From Patescibacteria group bacterium (GTDB lineage Bacteria; Patescibacteriota; Doudnabacteria; UBA920), in contig WARV01000019.1 of assembly GCA_013387205.1 (NCBI GenBank), forward strand, positions 3,642 through 67,641: a stretch of DNA of 64,000 nt, written 5' to 3'. This document shows, in pieces, positions 8,884 to 18,517 of the stretch. Position 1 is the stretch's first letter, and each line of letters begins with the position of its first letter. The translations under genes were made by a program, and so were the position numbers. A model generated the notes under the pieces. That model was not told where the DNA came from. It made no database searches and saw only the letters and a program-made list of their open reading frames with translations.

Positions 8884-9210
8884 AAATATGGCTGTTTTTT
8901 AAGTAAGAAGTAGTCTTGAAAAGCTGCTTTTCAGGCGATATTCCAGAATTTTGTGCCAAGATGCCAAAAATCTGGAATTGCAGCCAAAATGAGGTTTTGA
9001 GATTACTTCTAAAGCAACAGTGCTTACTGTTACCAAAAAATTACAATTTCGTCTTTTATATTATAGCACTTTTACTGTTGCGCCAGAATAATAACAACAA
9101 AAATTCGCTTATTTGCAAATTTTTTGAGGGGGTTTATCTATCCGGCTAAAAAAGCTATAATTAAATAGCAGTTTCTTATTATCAAACGTGTTTTTGTTAA
9201 TCCATAAACA

Positions 9211-12078
9211 ATGAAAATTTATAGCTACCAAAACAAGAATTCAACAGAAAGAAAACCTCCGGCAAAAAAAATTGGAAAATTCTGGAAAAAAATTGATGCA
9301 AAAACTTTTTTCACCTGGCTTTTTCGCTTGACAGCGCTTGGTGTTATTTTAATTGCCATTCTTTTTATTTACTACAGTAAAGACTTGCCTGATCCGAACA
9401 AGCTGATGGAGCGGAACGTGGTGGAGTCTACGAAAATTTTTGCCCGCGACAACTCGCTGCTTTACGAAATCCACGGCGAAACCAAACGCACCATGGTCAA
9501 TTTGGACCAGATAAACGACAACGTCAAACACGCCACAGTTGCGGTTGAAGACAAAAATTTTTACAGGCATGGCGGTATCTCCATAACCGGAATCGCCAGG
9601 GCGGTAATTGTCGACGTGCTGACCGGCAAAAAAAGCCAAGGCGGCAGCACCATTACCCAGCAATTCGTAAAAAACGCGATTCTATCGCGCGATAAATCTT
9701 TCGACAGGAAAATCCGCGAGGTAATTTTAGCCATGGCCATTGAAGCCAGGTTTTCCAAAGATGACATATTAAAACTTTATTTAAACGAGATCCCTTATGG
9801 CCGCAACGCTTACGGAATAGAAGCGGCCAGCCAATCCTATTTTGGCAAATCAGCTAAAGATTTAGATTTAGCCGAAAGCGCGTACCTGGCTTCCATCCCG
9901 CAAGCCCCAACTTACTACAACCCGTTTGGACCAAACCGCGCTGCTTTGGACAAAAGGAAAAATTTTGTTTTGCAGCAGATGAGGGAACAGGGATATATTA
10001 CCGCTGACCAGGAAAAAACCGCTGCCGCTGAAGAAGTGCAGTTTGAAAAAATCAAGACGGCAATAACCGCGCCGCACTTTGTCATGATGGTCCAGGATTA
10101 CCTGGCTCAAAAATACGGTGAAAAAACTTTGGAAGAAGGCGGACTGAAGGTGTATACAACCCTTGATCCGCGTTTACAGGAAATTGCGGAGCGAGCGGTA
10201 AAAGAGGGCGTGGACAAAGAAAGCACAAAATACAACGCAAACAACGCAGCTTTGGTAGCGATAGACCCAAAAACCGGCCAAATACTTGCCATGGTGGGCA
10301 GTAAAGATTATTTCGGCGAGCCCAGTCCGGCCGGTTGCACTCCCGGAAAAAATTGCTTGTTTGAACCAAATGTCAACGTGGCTTTATCCCAGCGCCAGCC
10401 GGGAAGCAGCTTTAAGCCTTACGTGTATGTCACAGCTTTTAAACCGGAATTCAAATACAGCCCGGCGAGTATGCTAATAGACGTAACCACAAATTTTGGC
10501 ACCTACGGCGGCAAAGATTACATCCCGCACAACTACAGCGGAACCAGTTACGGAGCCGTTTCCATGAGACAAGCCTTGGCCGGCAGCCTTAACGTGCCTG
10601 CGGTAAAAACTTTGGCCTTGGTTGGAGTGGATAACGCTGTCCAAACTGCCAGGAATTTAGGAATTACCAGCCCCTTGTCCGACTGCGGACTGTCTTTGGT
10701 TTTGGGCGGATGCGAAGTCAGGCTACTTGACCACGTTGCGGCTTTTAGCGCCATTGCCAATGAAGGTGTAAAAAATGCAGAAACTCCGATATTAAAAATT
10801 GAAGACCGCGGCGGTAATGTTTTGGAAGAATTCAAAGATGACCCCAAGCAAGTTTTAGACCCGCAGGCTGCTTACGAACTTATCAGCATTATGACTGATA
10901 ATAACGCCAGAAGCTTTGTTTTTGGCTCCAAATCACCGTTAATCTTGCCGGATAGGGTTGTGGCGGCAAAAACCGGCACCACCCAAAACTGGCACGACGG
11001 CTGGACAATTGGCTTTACTCCCAGCTTGACTGCCGGCGTCTGGGCAGGAAACAACGACGGTACGCTGCTGAAAAAAGGAGCGGACGGCGTTTTTGTCGCA
11101 GCTCCCATTTGGAACGCGTTTATGCAAGAAGCTTTGAAAAATACGCCGGCCGAAGATTTCAAAATTCCTGATGGAATACAAAATGTCACGGTAGATTCCG
11201 TTTCCGGAAAACTGCCAACAGACGTCACCCCATCGACCAAGACAGAAGTATTTGCCGACTATTCCGCGCCGACCGATTACGACAATGTCCATGTCAAAGT
11301 CGCCATAGACAGCACCACCGGACAGCCGGCAACTTCCTTAACCCCGCCGGATAAAATCACTTACCAAGTTTATACGGTCTATCACAGCGAAAAGAGAGAT
11401 AACCCCAACTGGGAAAGCCCGGTGGTAGCGTGGGCGCAGTCGCAAGGATATAGTTATCCTCCGAATGACAGCATCCAAATAACCGGCCAGGGCAATAACA
11501 ATAATACCACAAACAACAACGGCGAATTTTACGTTAACATAGTCGAACCCAACGATAACGCGACCATCTCGCGCCTGCCTTTTAGGCTGACTGCCTCTGC
11601 TGTGTCGGCAAACCAGATTTCCCGCATGGATTTATACATTGACGGGCAATTTGCATTAAGCACCCAATCCAACCCGCACACTTTTGACATTTACCAAAAC
11701 CTAAGCGACGGACTGCACACTTTTGCCATTAAAGCGGTGGATACGCAAGGTTCTTCTACAGACACTTCCGTTACTGTAAATTATTCCTTATCCACGCCAA
11801 TAAACATGGTCGAGCCGCAATCACAAAGCGCGCTTTCATTCCCTCAAAGCCTGATTGCCGAAAGCAGTAATTTTTACAACCAGGTAAATTTTTACTACCA
11901 AAACGATAAGGGTACGATAAAACTGATTGGCACGGCTTCCAACATCAACAGGCTTGGCGACAAATACCAATTTTCTTTCGATTGGGTTTTAGGTAGCTTG
12001 CCCAAGGGAACTTATAAAATTTACGCGCAAACCGACACTGGCGCCGTCACACCAAAAATAAAAGTGATTATACCTTAA
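9211..12078 (+). CDS. Class A penicillin-binding protein (glycosyltransferase + transpeptidase) with C-terminal extension
   Basis: N-terminal TM. GT51 motifs (EDKNFYRHGG, GGSTITQQ). Transpeptidase SxxK (GSSFKP), SxN-like and KTGT motifs. Confidence 0.85.
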   Translation: MKIYSYQNKNSTERKPPAKKIGKFWKKIDAKTFFTWLFRLTALGVILIAILFIYYSKDLPDPNKLMERNVVESTKIFARDNSLLYEIHGETKRTMVNLDQINDNVKHATVAVEDKNFYRHGGISITGIARAVIVDVLTGKKSQGGSTITQQFVKNAILSRDKSFDRKIREVILAMAIEARFSKDDILKLYLNEIPYGRNAYGIEAASQSYFGKSAKDLDLAESAYLASIPQAPTYYNPFGPNRAALDKRKNFVLQQMREQGYITADQEKTAAAEEVQFEKIKTAITAPHFVMMVQDYLAQKYGEKTLEEGGLKVYTTLDPRLQEIAERAVKEGVDKESTKYNANNAALVAIDPKTGQILAMVGSKDYFGEPSPAGCTPGKNCLFEPNVNVALSQRQPGSSFKPYVYVTAFKPEFKYSPASMLIDVTTNFGTYGGKDYIPHNYSGTSYGAVSMRQALAGSLNVPAVKTLALVGVDNAVQTARNLGITSPLSDCGLSLVLGGCEVRLLDHVAAFSAIANEGVKNAETPILKIEDRGGNVLEEFKDDPKQVLDPQAAYELISIMTDNNARSFVFGSKSPLILPDRVVAAKTGTTQNWHDGWTIGFTPSLTAGVWAGNNDGTLLKKGADGVFVAAPIWNAFMQEALKNTPAEDFKIPDGIQNVTVDSVSGKLPTDVTPSTKTEVFADYSAPTDYDNVHVKVAIDSTTGQPATSLTPPDKITYQVYTVYHSEKRDNPNWESPVVAWAQSQGYSYPPNDSIQITGQGNNNNTTNNNGEFYVNIVEPNDNATISRLPFRLTASAVSANQISRMDLYIDGQFALSTQSNPHTFDIYQNLSDGLHTFAIKAVDTQGSSTDTSVTVNYSLSTPINMVEPQSQSALSFPQSLIAESSNFYNQVNFYYQNDKGTIKLIGTASNINRLGDKYQFSFDWVLGSLPKGTYKIYAQTDTGAVTPKIKVIIP

Positions 12079-12255
12079 TTTATACATAGAATAATCATTC
12101 TGAGCGACCGTAAAATAAATTCCTAATTCCTAATTCTCAAGCTCTAAACAATTTCTAATTTCCCAATTTCTTAATTTCAAATAATTTAGGCATTGGGTCA
12201 TTGGGATTTATTTAAAATAATTAGGTTAATTAAAAATTAGGTTAATTTTATATTA

Positions 12256-13650
12256 ATGCCCTATCTTCTCGCTCTCACTCTTCTCCTCACCCCAGCCTAC
12301 GCTATTAGGTTAAGTCTTTTTGGCCTTCCAACCAACTTTTTTATGGTTTGGGTATTTTTGTTCTGGATAATATTCTTTGCTTACTTAATAGCAAAAAAAC
12401 GTGTGTTAATATTTTTAACGGCCGTTAAAAATATTGATAAAAAAGTTTTAATTTTAACATCTTTATTTTTACTGTCGGGATTAATTTCTTTGTCTGCCAA
12501 AGGAATTGCCCAGAAAAAAATCGGCCAGTTTATTGTCTTATTCTTGCAGCCGATAAGCATATTTTTAATTTCAATTTTCATCATCAAGCAGCAACCCAAG
12601 ACAAAATCCTTACTGCTTGCCACATGCTACTTGCTACTAGCCGCAAGCGGCCTGTATGCCATTTTCCAATATTTCACTCTTGTAGGACTGCCACCAGAAT
12701 GGTGGGGAAACAGCGTTGAGCCTAAGAGAGCAATAAGTTTTTTCAGCCACCCAAACTTTTATGCTCTTTTCACCGCACCTCTTTTGGCATTATTGATTCC
12801 GCATTTGTCCGGCGTCATTCTGAGCCGAAATGCATCCGCCAGTTCGACAAGCTCATGGCGCCCTGAGCAAAGTCGAATGGGCGACGGCGAAGAATCTCAA
12901 GCCAAGAAAGAGATCCTTTGCTCCGCTTCCCCCTCAGCTAAAACTACCGGGGACAAGCAGGATGACGCCAAATTTAAATACTTATTTCTGATTAGCTGGT
13001 CGGTCGGCGCTATCGGCCTGCTCTTGTCCATGTCGCGCGCCGGATGGCTTGGCCTGGCCGCTGCAATTGCGGTTTATGCTTTTGTGGCAGCAGATAAAGA
13101 AATCAGGAAGATAGTAATAGGAGCGGCCGCAATTCTTTTTATAATAGTCGCTATTGTCCCTAACTTGCGCTACAGAGTAACTTTGCCATTTTACGGGGAA
13201 AAGTCTACAGTCTCGCGCCTGTCTTTATGGAATACAGGAATTAAAGGAATAAAAGAATCGCCAATAACCGGCCTTGGCTTAACCGGCTTTGCCAACAACT
13301 GGCAAAAATTAAATACCGATCCAAACTTAGATACCCATAACTTTCCGCATAATATCTTTTTGGATCTTTGGGTGGAAACAGGAATCTTAGGACTTATAAG
13401 CCTTATAGGACTAATAGGACTAATAATCTACCGCGGCCTGCGGCATTCTCTCCTCCTGTCCCAGGAGGAGTACCCAGCTTCGCTGGGGGAGGTGGTAGAA
13501 GTTAAGGATAAAGGATTAAAAATTAAAGATTTACCTCTTGCCGTCTCCCTTTTCCTCATCGCCCTAATTTTCCAAGGCCTCATCGACAACCCGTACTTCA
13601 AAAATGACCTGGCGATGGTGTTTTGGATAATACTTTCTTTGGCAGTTTAA
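12256..13650 (+). CDS. O-antigen ligase (Wzy_C) family membrane protein carrying an in-frame repeat insertion
   Basis: Multiple TM helices. SRAGWLG signature. Residues ~186-238 are encoded by an RPE-like element. Confidence 0.65.
   Translation: MPYLLALTLLLTPAYAIRLSLFGLPTNFFMVWVFLFWIIFFAYLIAKKRVLIFLTAVKNIDKKVLILTSLFLLSGLISLSAKGIAQKKIGQFIVLFLQPISIFLISIFIIKQQPKTKSLLLATCYLLLAASGLYAIFQYFTLVGLPPEWWGNSVEPKRAISFFSHPNFYALFTAPLLALLIPHLSGVILSRNASASSTSSWRPEQSRMGDGEESQAKKEILCSASPSAKTTGDKQDDAKFKYLFLISWSVGAIGLLLSMSRAGWLGLAAAIAVYAFVAADKEIRKIVIGAAAILFIIVAIVPNLRYRVTLPFYGEKSTVSRLSLWNTGIKGIKESPITGLGLTGFANNWQKLNTDPNLDTHNFPHNIFLDLWVETGILGLISLIGLIGLIIYRGLRHSLLLSQEEYPASLGEVVEVKDKGLKIKDLPLAVSLFLIALIFQGLIDNPYFKNDLAMVFWIILSLAV
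12409..12434. repeat. 26-bp perfect palindrome ATATTTTTAACGG/CCGTTAAAAATAT inside the O-antigen ligase CDS
   Basis: Exact symmetry. Encodes IFLTAVKNI on both strands. Confidence 0.9.
12811..12969 (+). mobile_element. RPE-like MITE copy (159 bp, 53 codons) inserted in-frame in the O-antigen ligase gene
   Basis: Terminal inverted repeats GGCGTCATTCTGAGC / GCAGGATGACGCC. Near-identical to the GGCGTCATCCTGAACCCGAATGCATC segment at 51245. Confidence 0.6.
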
Positions 13651-13656
13651 AGACTA

Positions 13657-13682
13657 CACTTTTTCACGGCCGTGAAAAAGTG
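13657..13682. repeat. 26-bp perfect palindrome CACTTTTTCACGG/CCGTGAAAAAGTG (ACGGCCGT family; terminator position)
   Basis: Lies between the O-antigen ligase stop and the SDR gene start. Confidence 0.85.
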
Positions 13683-13744
13683 CGGTATTATCTGCAAAAT
13701 AAATAGGACGGTAGATTTTTAAATAACATTAATCAACTCTTAAA

Positions 13745-14473
13745 ATGCTACGAAATAAAACAATTTTCATTACTGGATCATCTAGGGGGATTGGAGCGGC
13801 AACTGCTAGGCTTGCAAAACAATACGGCGCTAAAGTAATCTTGCATGGGAAGGATAAAAGTGAAAGTTTGGAAAAGTTGGCACAAGAATTAGGAACTAAA
13901 TATTATCCATGTGACGTAATTGACTCGAAAATGGTGCAACAGACGGTTAATAATGCTATTGGAGATTACGGAAAAATCGATGCCTTAATCAACTGTGCTG
14001 GCATTGCACTACGGACAACCATTATGGATAATTCCGACGAACCCTGGCTAGATATGTTTAAAATCAACATATTAGGAACTTTGCATTTTTGCCAAGCAGT
14101 TTTCCCCCACATGCAAAAAGCGGGAAGTGGCCGTATAGTAAACACATCTTCCATTCGAGGCTTTACTGCAACCGCTGGCAAACCTGCTTATTCCGTATCA
14201 AAAGCAGGAATCGTCAACCTTACCGCAACCATGGCTAAAGAGTTTGCTCCATTCATTACGGTTAACGCTGTCGCCCCAGGTTTTACCGAAACGGATATGA
14301 GCAAAACCTGGGATGAACCAACACGAAAATTAGCAGAAAGTTGCTTGCTTAAAAGGACGGCGGATCCTAAAGAAATAGCCGAAGCATTGCTGTTTTTAGC
14401 TAGCGATAGAGCGAGTTTTATCACAGGACAAACATTTTTAGTTGACGGTGGTTATAGTATTTCAAACAAATAA
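13745..14473 (+). CDS. SDR-family oxidoreductase (3-oxoacyl-ACP reductase-like)
   Basis: TGSSRGIG cofactor motif. YxxxK active site (YSVSK). Confidence 0.8.
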   Translation: MLRNKTIFITGSSRGIGAATARLAKQYGAKVILHGKDKSESLEKLAQELGTKYYPCDVIDSKMVQQTVNNAIGDYGKIDALINCAGIALRTTIMDNSDEPWLDMFKINILGTLHFCQAVFPHMQKAGSGRIVNTSSIRGFTATAGKPAYSVSKAGIVNLTATMAKEFAPFITVNAVAPGFTETDMSKTWDEPTRKLAESCLLKRTADPKEIAEALLFLASDRASFITGQTFLVDGGYSISNK

Positions 14474-14486
14474 ATAACAGACTATA

Positions 14487-14512
14487 AAACCGCCCGTTTT
14501 GGGCGGTTTTTT
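14487..14512. terminator. Bidirectional terminator AAAACCGCCCGTTTTGGGCGGTTTTTT
   Basis: Lies between the convergent SDR and jag genes. Confidence 0.75.
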
Positions 14513-14523
14513 ATTTATAGATA

Positions 14524-14994
14524 CTATTTCTTGAGTTTTATTATTATTTTGCGGTGGGGTTCTTGGCCGATGCTTTCGGTGTAAACTTCCGGGCTGTGTT
14601 CCTGTAAATAAGCATGGACAAACCTGCGTTCGTAATTGGGCATTGGCTCTAAAGCCACCGGGCGGCCAGTGCGTTTTATCTGTTCCACCGCGCCTTTGGC
14701 GGTTTCTTTCAAAAACCATTCCCTTTTCCTTTTATAATCATCCACGTCAACAGTAAACCAGAAAGGTTCTGCAGATTGCAATTTCTTAGCAGCTAGGGCT
14801 TGGATTAATATCTGCAAAGAATGCAAAGTCGCGCCCTGCCGGCCAATAAGCAAATAAGAATCCTGGGAACTGATGTTAAAAATTAACCCCTTTGTAATAC
14901 TCTCCTCAAACTCCACACTGGCTTTAATCCCGCACTTATCCAGCAGCTCAATAATAATATTTTTTACTGTCTCGATTTTTTCGTAATCAGTCAT
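14524..14994 (-). CDS. jag: Jag/SpoIIIJ-associated RNA-binding protein (KH + R3H domains)
   Basis: IGRQGATL KH motif. R3H-like RRFVHAYLQEH. Downstream of yidC. Confidence 0.75.
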   Translation of the reverse strand: MTDYEKIETVKNIIIELLDKCGIKASVEFEESITKGLIFNISSQDSYLLIGRQGATLHSLQILIQALAAKKLQSAEPFWFTVDVDDYKRKREWFLKETAKGAVEQIKRTGRPVALEPMPNYERRFVHAYLQEHSPEVYTESIGQEPHRKIIIKLKK

Positions 14995-15058
14995 AACGTT
15001 AGAATTAAGAATTATGAATTAAGAATTATGAATTTTCATAATTCCTGATTCCTGCTTC

Positions 15059-15763
15059 CTAATTAGCAGGAGCGGACTGTTTGCGCATAATGTAATATTG
15101 CTGGGCGATGGCAAAAAGGGTGGTTACTATCCAGTATAAAGGAAGACCGGCCGGAAGCCTTATGGCTACAATTATACTAACGACTGGCAAAACATAAGTA
15201 GTTTGCAGGCTCATGGCTTTAGCCGTAGCATCCTGCTGCTGGCTGGCTTTTGGCATCATCATCTTTGACTGCCAGAATTGCGCCAAACCGGCCAAAACCC
15301 CTAAAACAATGCTAGGCTTGGCAAGGTTGATAAGGTTTAAAAAGTAAGGATCAATTGATCCGGGGTTATGGACAAAATTATACAAACCATTTAAGTTTCC
15401 TGCCAAAGCTTTATTAAAAACCTGGTAAAGAGCGATTAAAATCGGCAACTGGATCAGCAAAGGCAAGCAAGAAGACAGGGGATTAATTTTATATTCCCGG
15501 TATAAATCCATCATGGCCCTGGCCTGGCCTTCTTTGTCGTCTTTGTATTTTTCCCTGAGTTCGTTAAGCTTCGGCTGCAAATCGTTCATAGCCTTTTGGC
15601 TTTTAAGCGACTTGTGAAAGCTTGGAGCTAAAATGAGCCTGATAAGAATAGTTAGCAAAATAATCACAACTCCAATGTCATGCCCAGGAAGAATGTTGTA
15701 AAACATCACCAGCAAGTTCAGTAGAGGCCTGTAAATAATATCGTAATAAATAAAATGAAGCAT
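15059..15763 (-). CDS. yidC: Membrane protein insertase YidC (short form)
   Basis: YidC/Oxa1 core TM helices. Synteny rpmH-rnpA-yidD-yidC-jag. Confidence 0.85.
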   Translation of the reverse strand: MLHFIYYDIIYRPLLNLLVMFYNILPGHDIGVVIILLTILIRLILAPSFHKSLKSQKAMNDLQPKLNELREKYKDDKEGQARAMMDLYREYKINPLSSCLPLLIQLPILIALYQVFNKALAGNLNGLYNFVHNPGSIDPYFLNLINLAKPSIVLGVLAGLAQFWQSKMMMPKASQQQDATAKAMSLQTTYVLPVVSIIVAIRLPAGLPLYWIVTTLFAIAQQYYIMRKQSAPAN

Positions 15764-15786
15764 TAATTAATATGTTAATTTTATAT

Positions 15787-16062
15787 TTACTTGTTAGGGA
15801 CCAAGTCCACTCGCGGCTGAGCCCAAGGATTACATCTTGCAATTCTCTTGCCAGCTAAAAGACCGCCTTTTATCACACCATGTTTTTCTATGGCTTGTTT
15901 GCCGTATTCACTGCAAGAAGGATAATACTGGCAATAACCGTATGGATACCTGGCTTTAAACCAGCCGTGGTCAGGGGAAAGGGTTGCCTGGTAAAAACGG
16001 ATCAATAAAATTATTGACCTTTTAGGCAAGTTAACAATTATTTTATAAAACTTATTATCCAT
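15787..16062 (-). CDS. yidD: Membrane protein insertion efficiency factor YidD
   Basis: Conserved CxxxPxCSxY motif (CQYYPSCSEY). Synteny. Confidence 0.8.
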   Translation of the reverse strand: MDNKFYKIIVNLPKRSIILLIRFYQATLSPDHGWFKARYPYGYCQYYPSCSEYGKQAIEKHGVIKGGLLAGKRIARCNPWAQPRVDLVPNK

Positions 16063-16080
16063 ACTGGTATTATAACATTT

Positions 16081-16419
16081 TTAGATGCTAAATAACCGTG
16101 TCTTTTGGCCTAATTCTTTAAATTTTTCAACCAATTCTTTGTTTGGAAGCTTAGCAGCCTGCGGTTTTACCACAACCGCGTAGTCCCCAGGATGAAAAAT
16201 GCCTAAATTAAGCCTAATTGTTTCCCTTAACACCCTTTTCATCCTGTTTCTCTCAACTGCTTTTTTGGACACCTTTGTTGACACTACTACTGTAAAACGG
16301 ACACCTTCCGGCTTTTTCAGGTATTTAACAGTGAAATAAGGGTTAAAAAAAGGCCGTCCCCGCATGAAGACCAATTCAACATCTTTGGTTTTAGCGAGAC
16401 GGTTAGTTTTTTTAAACAT
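16081..16419 (-). CDS. rnpA: Ribonuclease P protein component
   Basis: Basic protein with KKAVERNRMKR RNR motif. Downstream of rpmH. Confidence 0.85.
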   Translation of the reverse strand: MFKKTNRLAKTKDVELVFMRGRPFFNPYFTVKYLKKPEGVRFTVVVSTKVSKKAVERNRMKRVLRETIRLNLGIFHPGDYAVVVKPQAAKLPNKELVEKFKELGQKTRLFSI

Positions 16420-16462
16420 AAATGATAATGGCGGCTGCGCAATTAAGGCAGCCGCCGCCTTT

Positions 16463-16600
16463 TTACACTACTGTTAATCTCTTGCGGCCCTTAGCTCTCC
16501 TGCTGGCCAGAACTTTTCTACCGGTTCTGGTTTGCATCCGCTTTAAGAACCCATGGCGTCTTTTTCTTCTTTTCACTTTTGGCTGGTATGTTCTCTTCAT
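16463..16600 (-). CDS. rpmH: 50S ribosomal protein L34
   Basis: Manual minus-strand translation gives [45 protein letters not shown]. Absent from the ORF track, which only lists ORFs of 60 aa or more. Confidence 0.9.
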   Translation of the reverse strand: MKRTYQPKVKRRKRRHGFLKRMQTRTGRKVLASRRAKGRKRLTVV

Positions 16601-16605
16601 TATAA

Positions 16606-16693
16606 AATCCTAATGCCCCGAATCAGCATCCGAATGCCCCAAACAATTCCCTTTCGGGTCATTTGGGTAAGAATTCGGGTAATTCGGATTATA
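16606..16693 (-). repeat. CCGAAT-rich leader element copy B (ends 5 nt before the rpmH ATG)
   Basis: Reverse complement is GTATAATCCGAATTACCCGAAT...CCAAATGACCCGAAAGGGAA...TTTGGGGCATTCGGATGCTGATTCGGGGCATTAGGATT. Confidence 0.9.
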
Positions 16694-16699
16694 CTTTTT

Positions 16700-16911
16700 A
16701 ATTTCTTGGTATATTATAAAGAAAAATAGAGGATTGGTCAATATTTCCCCTGACTTTTCTTTAATTTTCGCTAAGCACACTTTTTCCACAGCATATTCAC
16801 AGTATGTTAAAATTACCTTATAAACAAGCCTTAATTTTACTTGTTTACATGTTGATAACTCCCTGTTAAAATAAAAAAACACTGACAAACACAGATAAAA
16901 ACTAATTTTTT
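16700..16911. other. Candidate oriC part 1: DnaA-box-like motifs upstream of dnaA (TTTTCCACA at 16782; TTATCAACA reverse complement at 16852) in an AT-rich spacer
   Basis: 8/9 matches to TTATCCACA, read directly. Position between rpmH and dnaA. Confidence 0.4.
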
Positions 16912-18264
16912 ATGAACAACCAACAACTTTGGCAAGCTATCTTGGGAAGCCTGGAAGTATCACTAAGCAAAGCTAATTTTAACACTTGGTTTAAAAACAC
17001 CTCAATTGTAGAAAAAGGTGGGGATTTTATTATTGTCGGCGTCCCCAGCGCCTTTAACCGGGACTGGATCGCGGCAAAATACCACCAGGAAATGCTCAAA
17101 GCGTTAAAAACGCTGGCACCGGAAATTAAAGAAATAAAATACCAACTTGGAAACACTCCTTCGCCAGCACCCCAAAACACTCTTTCGCGCAATTCAGCCA
17201 AGCAGGAAGCCGTGAATTACAGCTATAAAGAAGTCCAGACCCTGCCAAATTCAGGCTTGAACCCCAAATACACTTTTGAAACCTTAATTATCGGGAAAAA
17301 TAACGAACTGGCGCACGCTGCCGCAATCGCTGTGGCAAAAAACCCAGGGGCCCAATATAACCCTTTGTTTATTTATGGGGGTGTTGGGCTTGGAAAAACC
17401 CACTTAATGCACGCGGTTGGCCACAAACTTCTGCAAAACAGCTATAAAAAGATTTTATACGTTACCAGCGAAAAATTCACCAACGATTACATAAACGCCA
17501 TCAGCCAAAAGAGGATGGAGGATTTTAAAAAGATCTACCGGGAAGTGGATGCGCTTTTGATTGACGACATCCAGTTTTTGGCCGGCAAAGAAGGGACACA
17601 GGAAGAATTTTTTCACACCTTCAATGAATTAAGGGATAAAGGAAAGCAGATAATTATAACTTCTGACAGGCCGCCAAAAGAAATCCCGGCTATTGAACAA
17701 AGGCTAATCTCCAGGTTTGAATGGGGGATGATAGCTGATATCCAGGCCCCGGATTTGGAAACCAGGATGGCGATTTTGCGCACCAAAATGGAAAAGCGGG
17801 GAGTGATGATTTCTGAAGAAATCCTGTTTTATATTGCGGAAAATATCCAAAGCAATGTCAGAGAATTAGAAGGTGCGCTTAACAGGCTGGCGGTTTACCA
17901 GCAAATGGAAAATAAAGGATTAATGCTCGAGCAGGCCAAAAGCATCCTTGCCAGTATTATCGGGGTAAAAAAGCGTGTGACTTCCATTAAGAAAATCGCC
18001 GAATCAGTCGCGGAGTTTTACAACATCACTGTAGACGACTTGCTTAAACAGTCGCGAAAAAAAGAATTTGTTAAACCCAGACAGATTGCCATGTATTTAA
18101 TCAGGAAAGAATTGGATAATTCTTTCCCTTCAATCGGGGAGTTTTTCGGCGGCCGCGACCACACCACCGTCATGCACGCTGTGGAGAAAGTGGAAAACAT
18201 GATTAGTGAAAAGGATAATTTTAAACAAGAAGTGGATTTAATTCTGGATAAGTTGTTTATATAA
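16912..18264 (+). CDS. dnaA: Chromosomal replication initiator DnaA
   Basis: Walker A GGVGLGKTHL, AAA+ domain, C-terminal DnaA-box-binding HTH. Confidence 0.95.
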   Translation: MNNQQLWQAILGSLEVSLSKANFNTWFKNTSIVEKGGDFIIVGVPSAFNRDWIAAKYHQEMLKALKTLAPEIKEIKYQLGNTPSPAPQNTLSRNSAKQEAVNYSYKEVQTLPNSGLNPKYTFETLIIGKNNELAHAAAIAVAKNPGAQYNPLFIYGGVGLGKTHLMHAVGHKLLQNSYKKILYVTSEKFTNDYINAISQKRMEDFKKIYREVDALLIDDIQFLAGKEGTQEEFFHTFNELRDKGKQIIITSDRPPKEIPAIEQRLISRFEWGMIADIQAPDLETRMAILRTKMEKRGVMISEEILFYIAENIQSNVRELEGALNRLAVYQQMENKGLMLEQAKSILASIIGVKKRVTSIKKIAESVAEFYNITVDDLLKQSRKKEFVKPRQIAMYLIRKELDNSFPSIGEFFGGRDHTTVMHAVEKVENMISEKDNFKQEVDLILDKLFI

Positions 18265-18517
18265 AGCTGGTGGTTTGTGGAAATTTTTAGTTTTGGATTT
18301 TTGGTTGGTGTTTGTGTTATAGTTACCAACTTAATAAACACATTGGTTTTAATAATAAATCCACAACTGAAAATTTCAAATATTGTTGATTTTATTACTG
18401 AATCAAACACCATCCACAAATCAACAAGTATTATTATAATTACTGATTATATAAATATATTTATATTAATAAAGAACAATAAGGCTTGAAAAAATTTCAA
18501 GCCAAAAGGCAAGGTTT
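18265..18517. other. Candidate oriC part 2: DnaA-box-like motifs (TTGTGGAAA at 18274, ATCCACAA at 18360 and 18413) plus an AT-rich unwinding-element-like stretch between dnaA and dnaN
   Basis: Motifs read directly. Classic dnaA-dnaN intergenic origin position. Confidence 0.45.

Noticed and set aside
8916-9149. 77-aa ORF in the tyrS / PBP divergent spacer
   Set aside because: It has a low-complexity AT-rich translation (LLLRQNNNNKNS). It lies in a promoter region and is unlikely to be coding.
12085-12255. Possible CRISPR array suggested by the iterated AATTAG/AATTCC words
   Set aside because: The repeats are irregular in length and spacing, AT-rich and degenerate. There are no cas genes and no unique spacers.
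16422-16613. 63-aa plus-strand ORF
   Set aside because: It is the antisense shadow of rpmH. The minus strand translates to a canonical L34 ([18 protein letters not shown]...).
16610-16888. 92-aa minus-strand ORF ending in NPNYPNSYPNDPKGNCLGHSDADSGH
   Set aside because: Its C-terminus is a translation of leader-element copy B. The same peptide-like string appears in the spurious N-terminal extension of the 22081-22653 ORF, so it is a repeat artefact rather than a gene.
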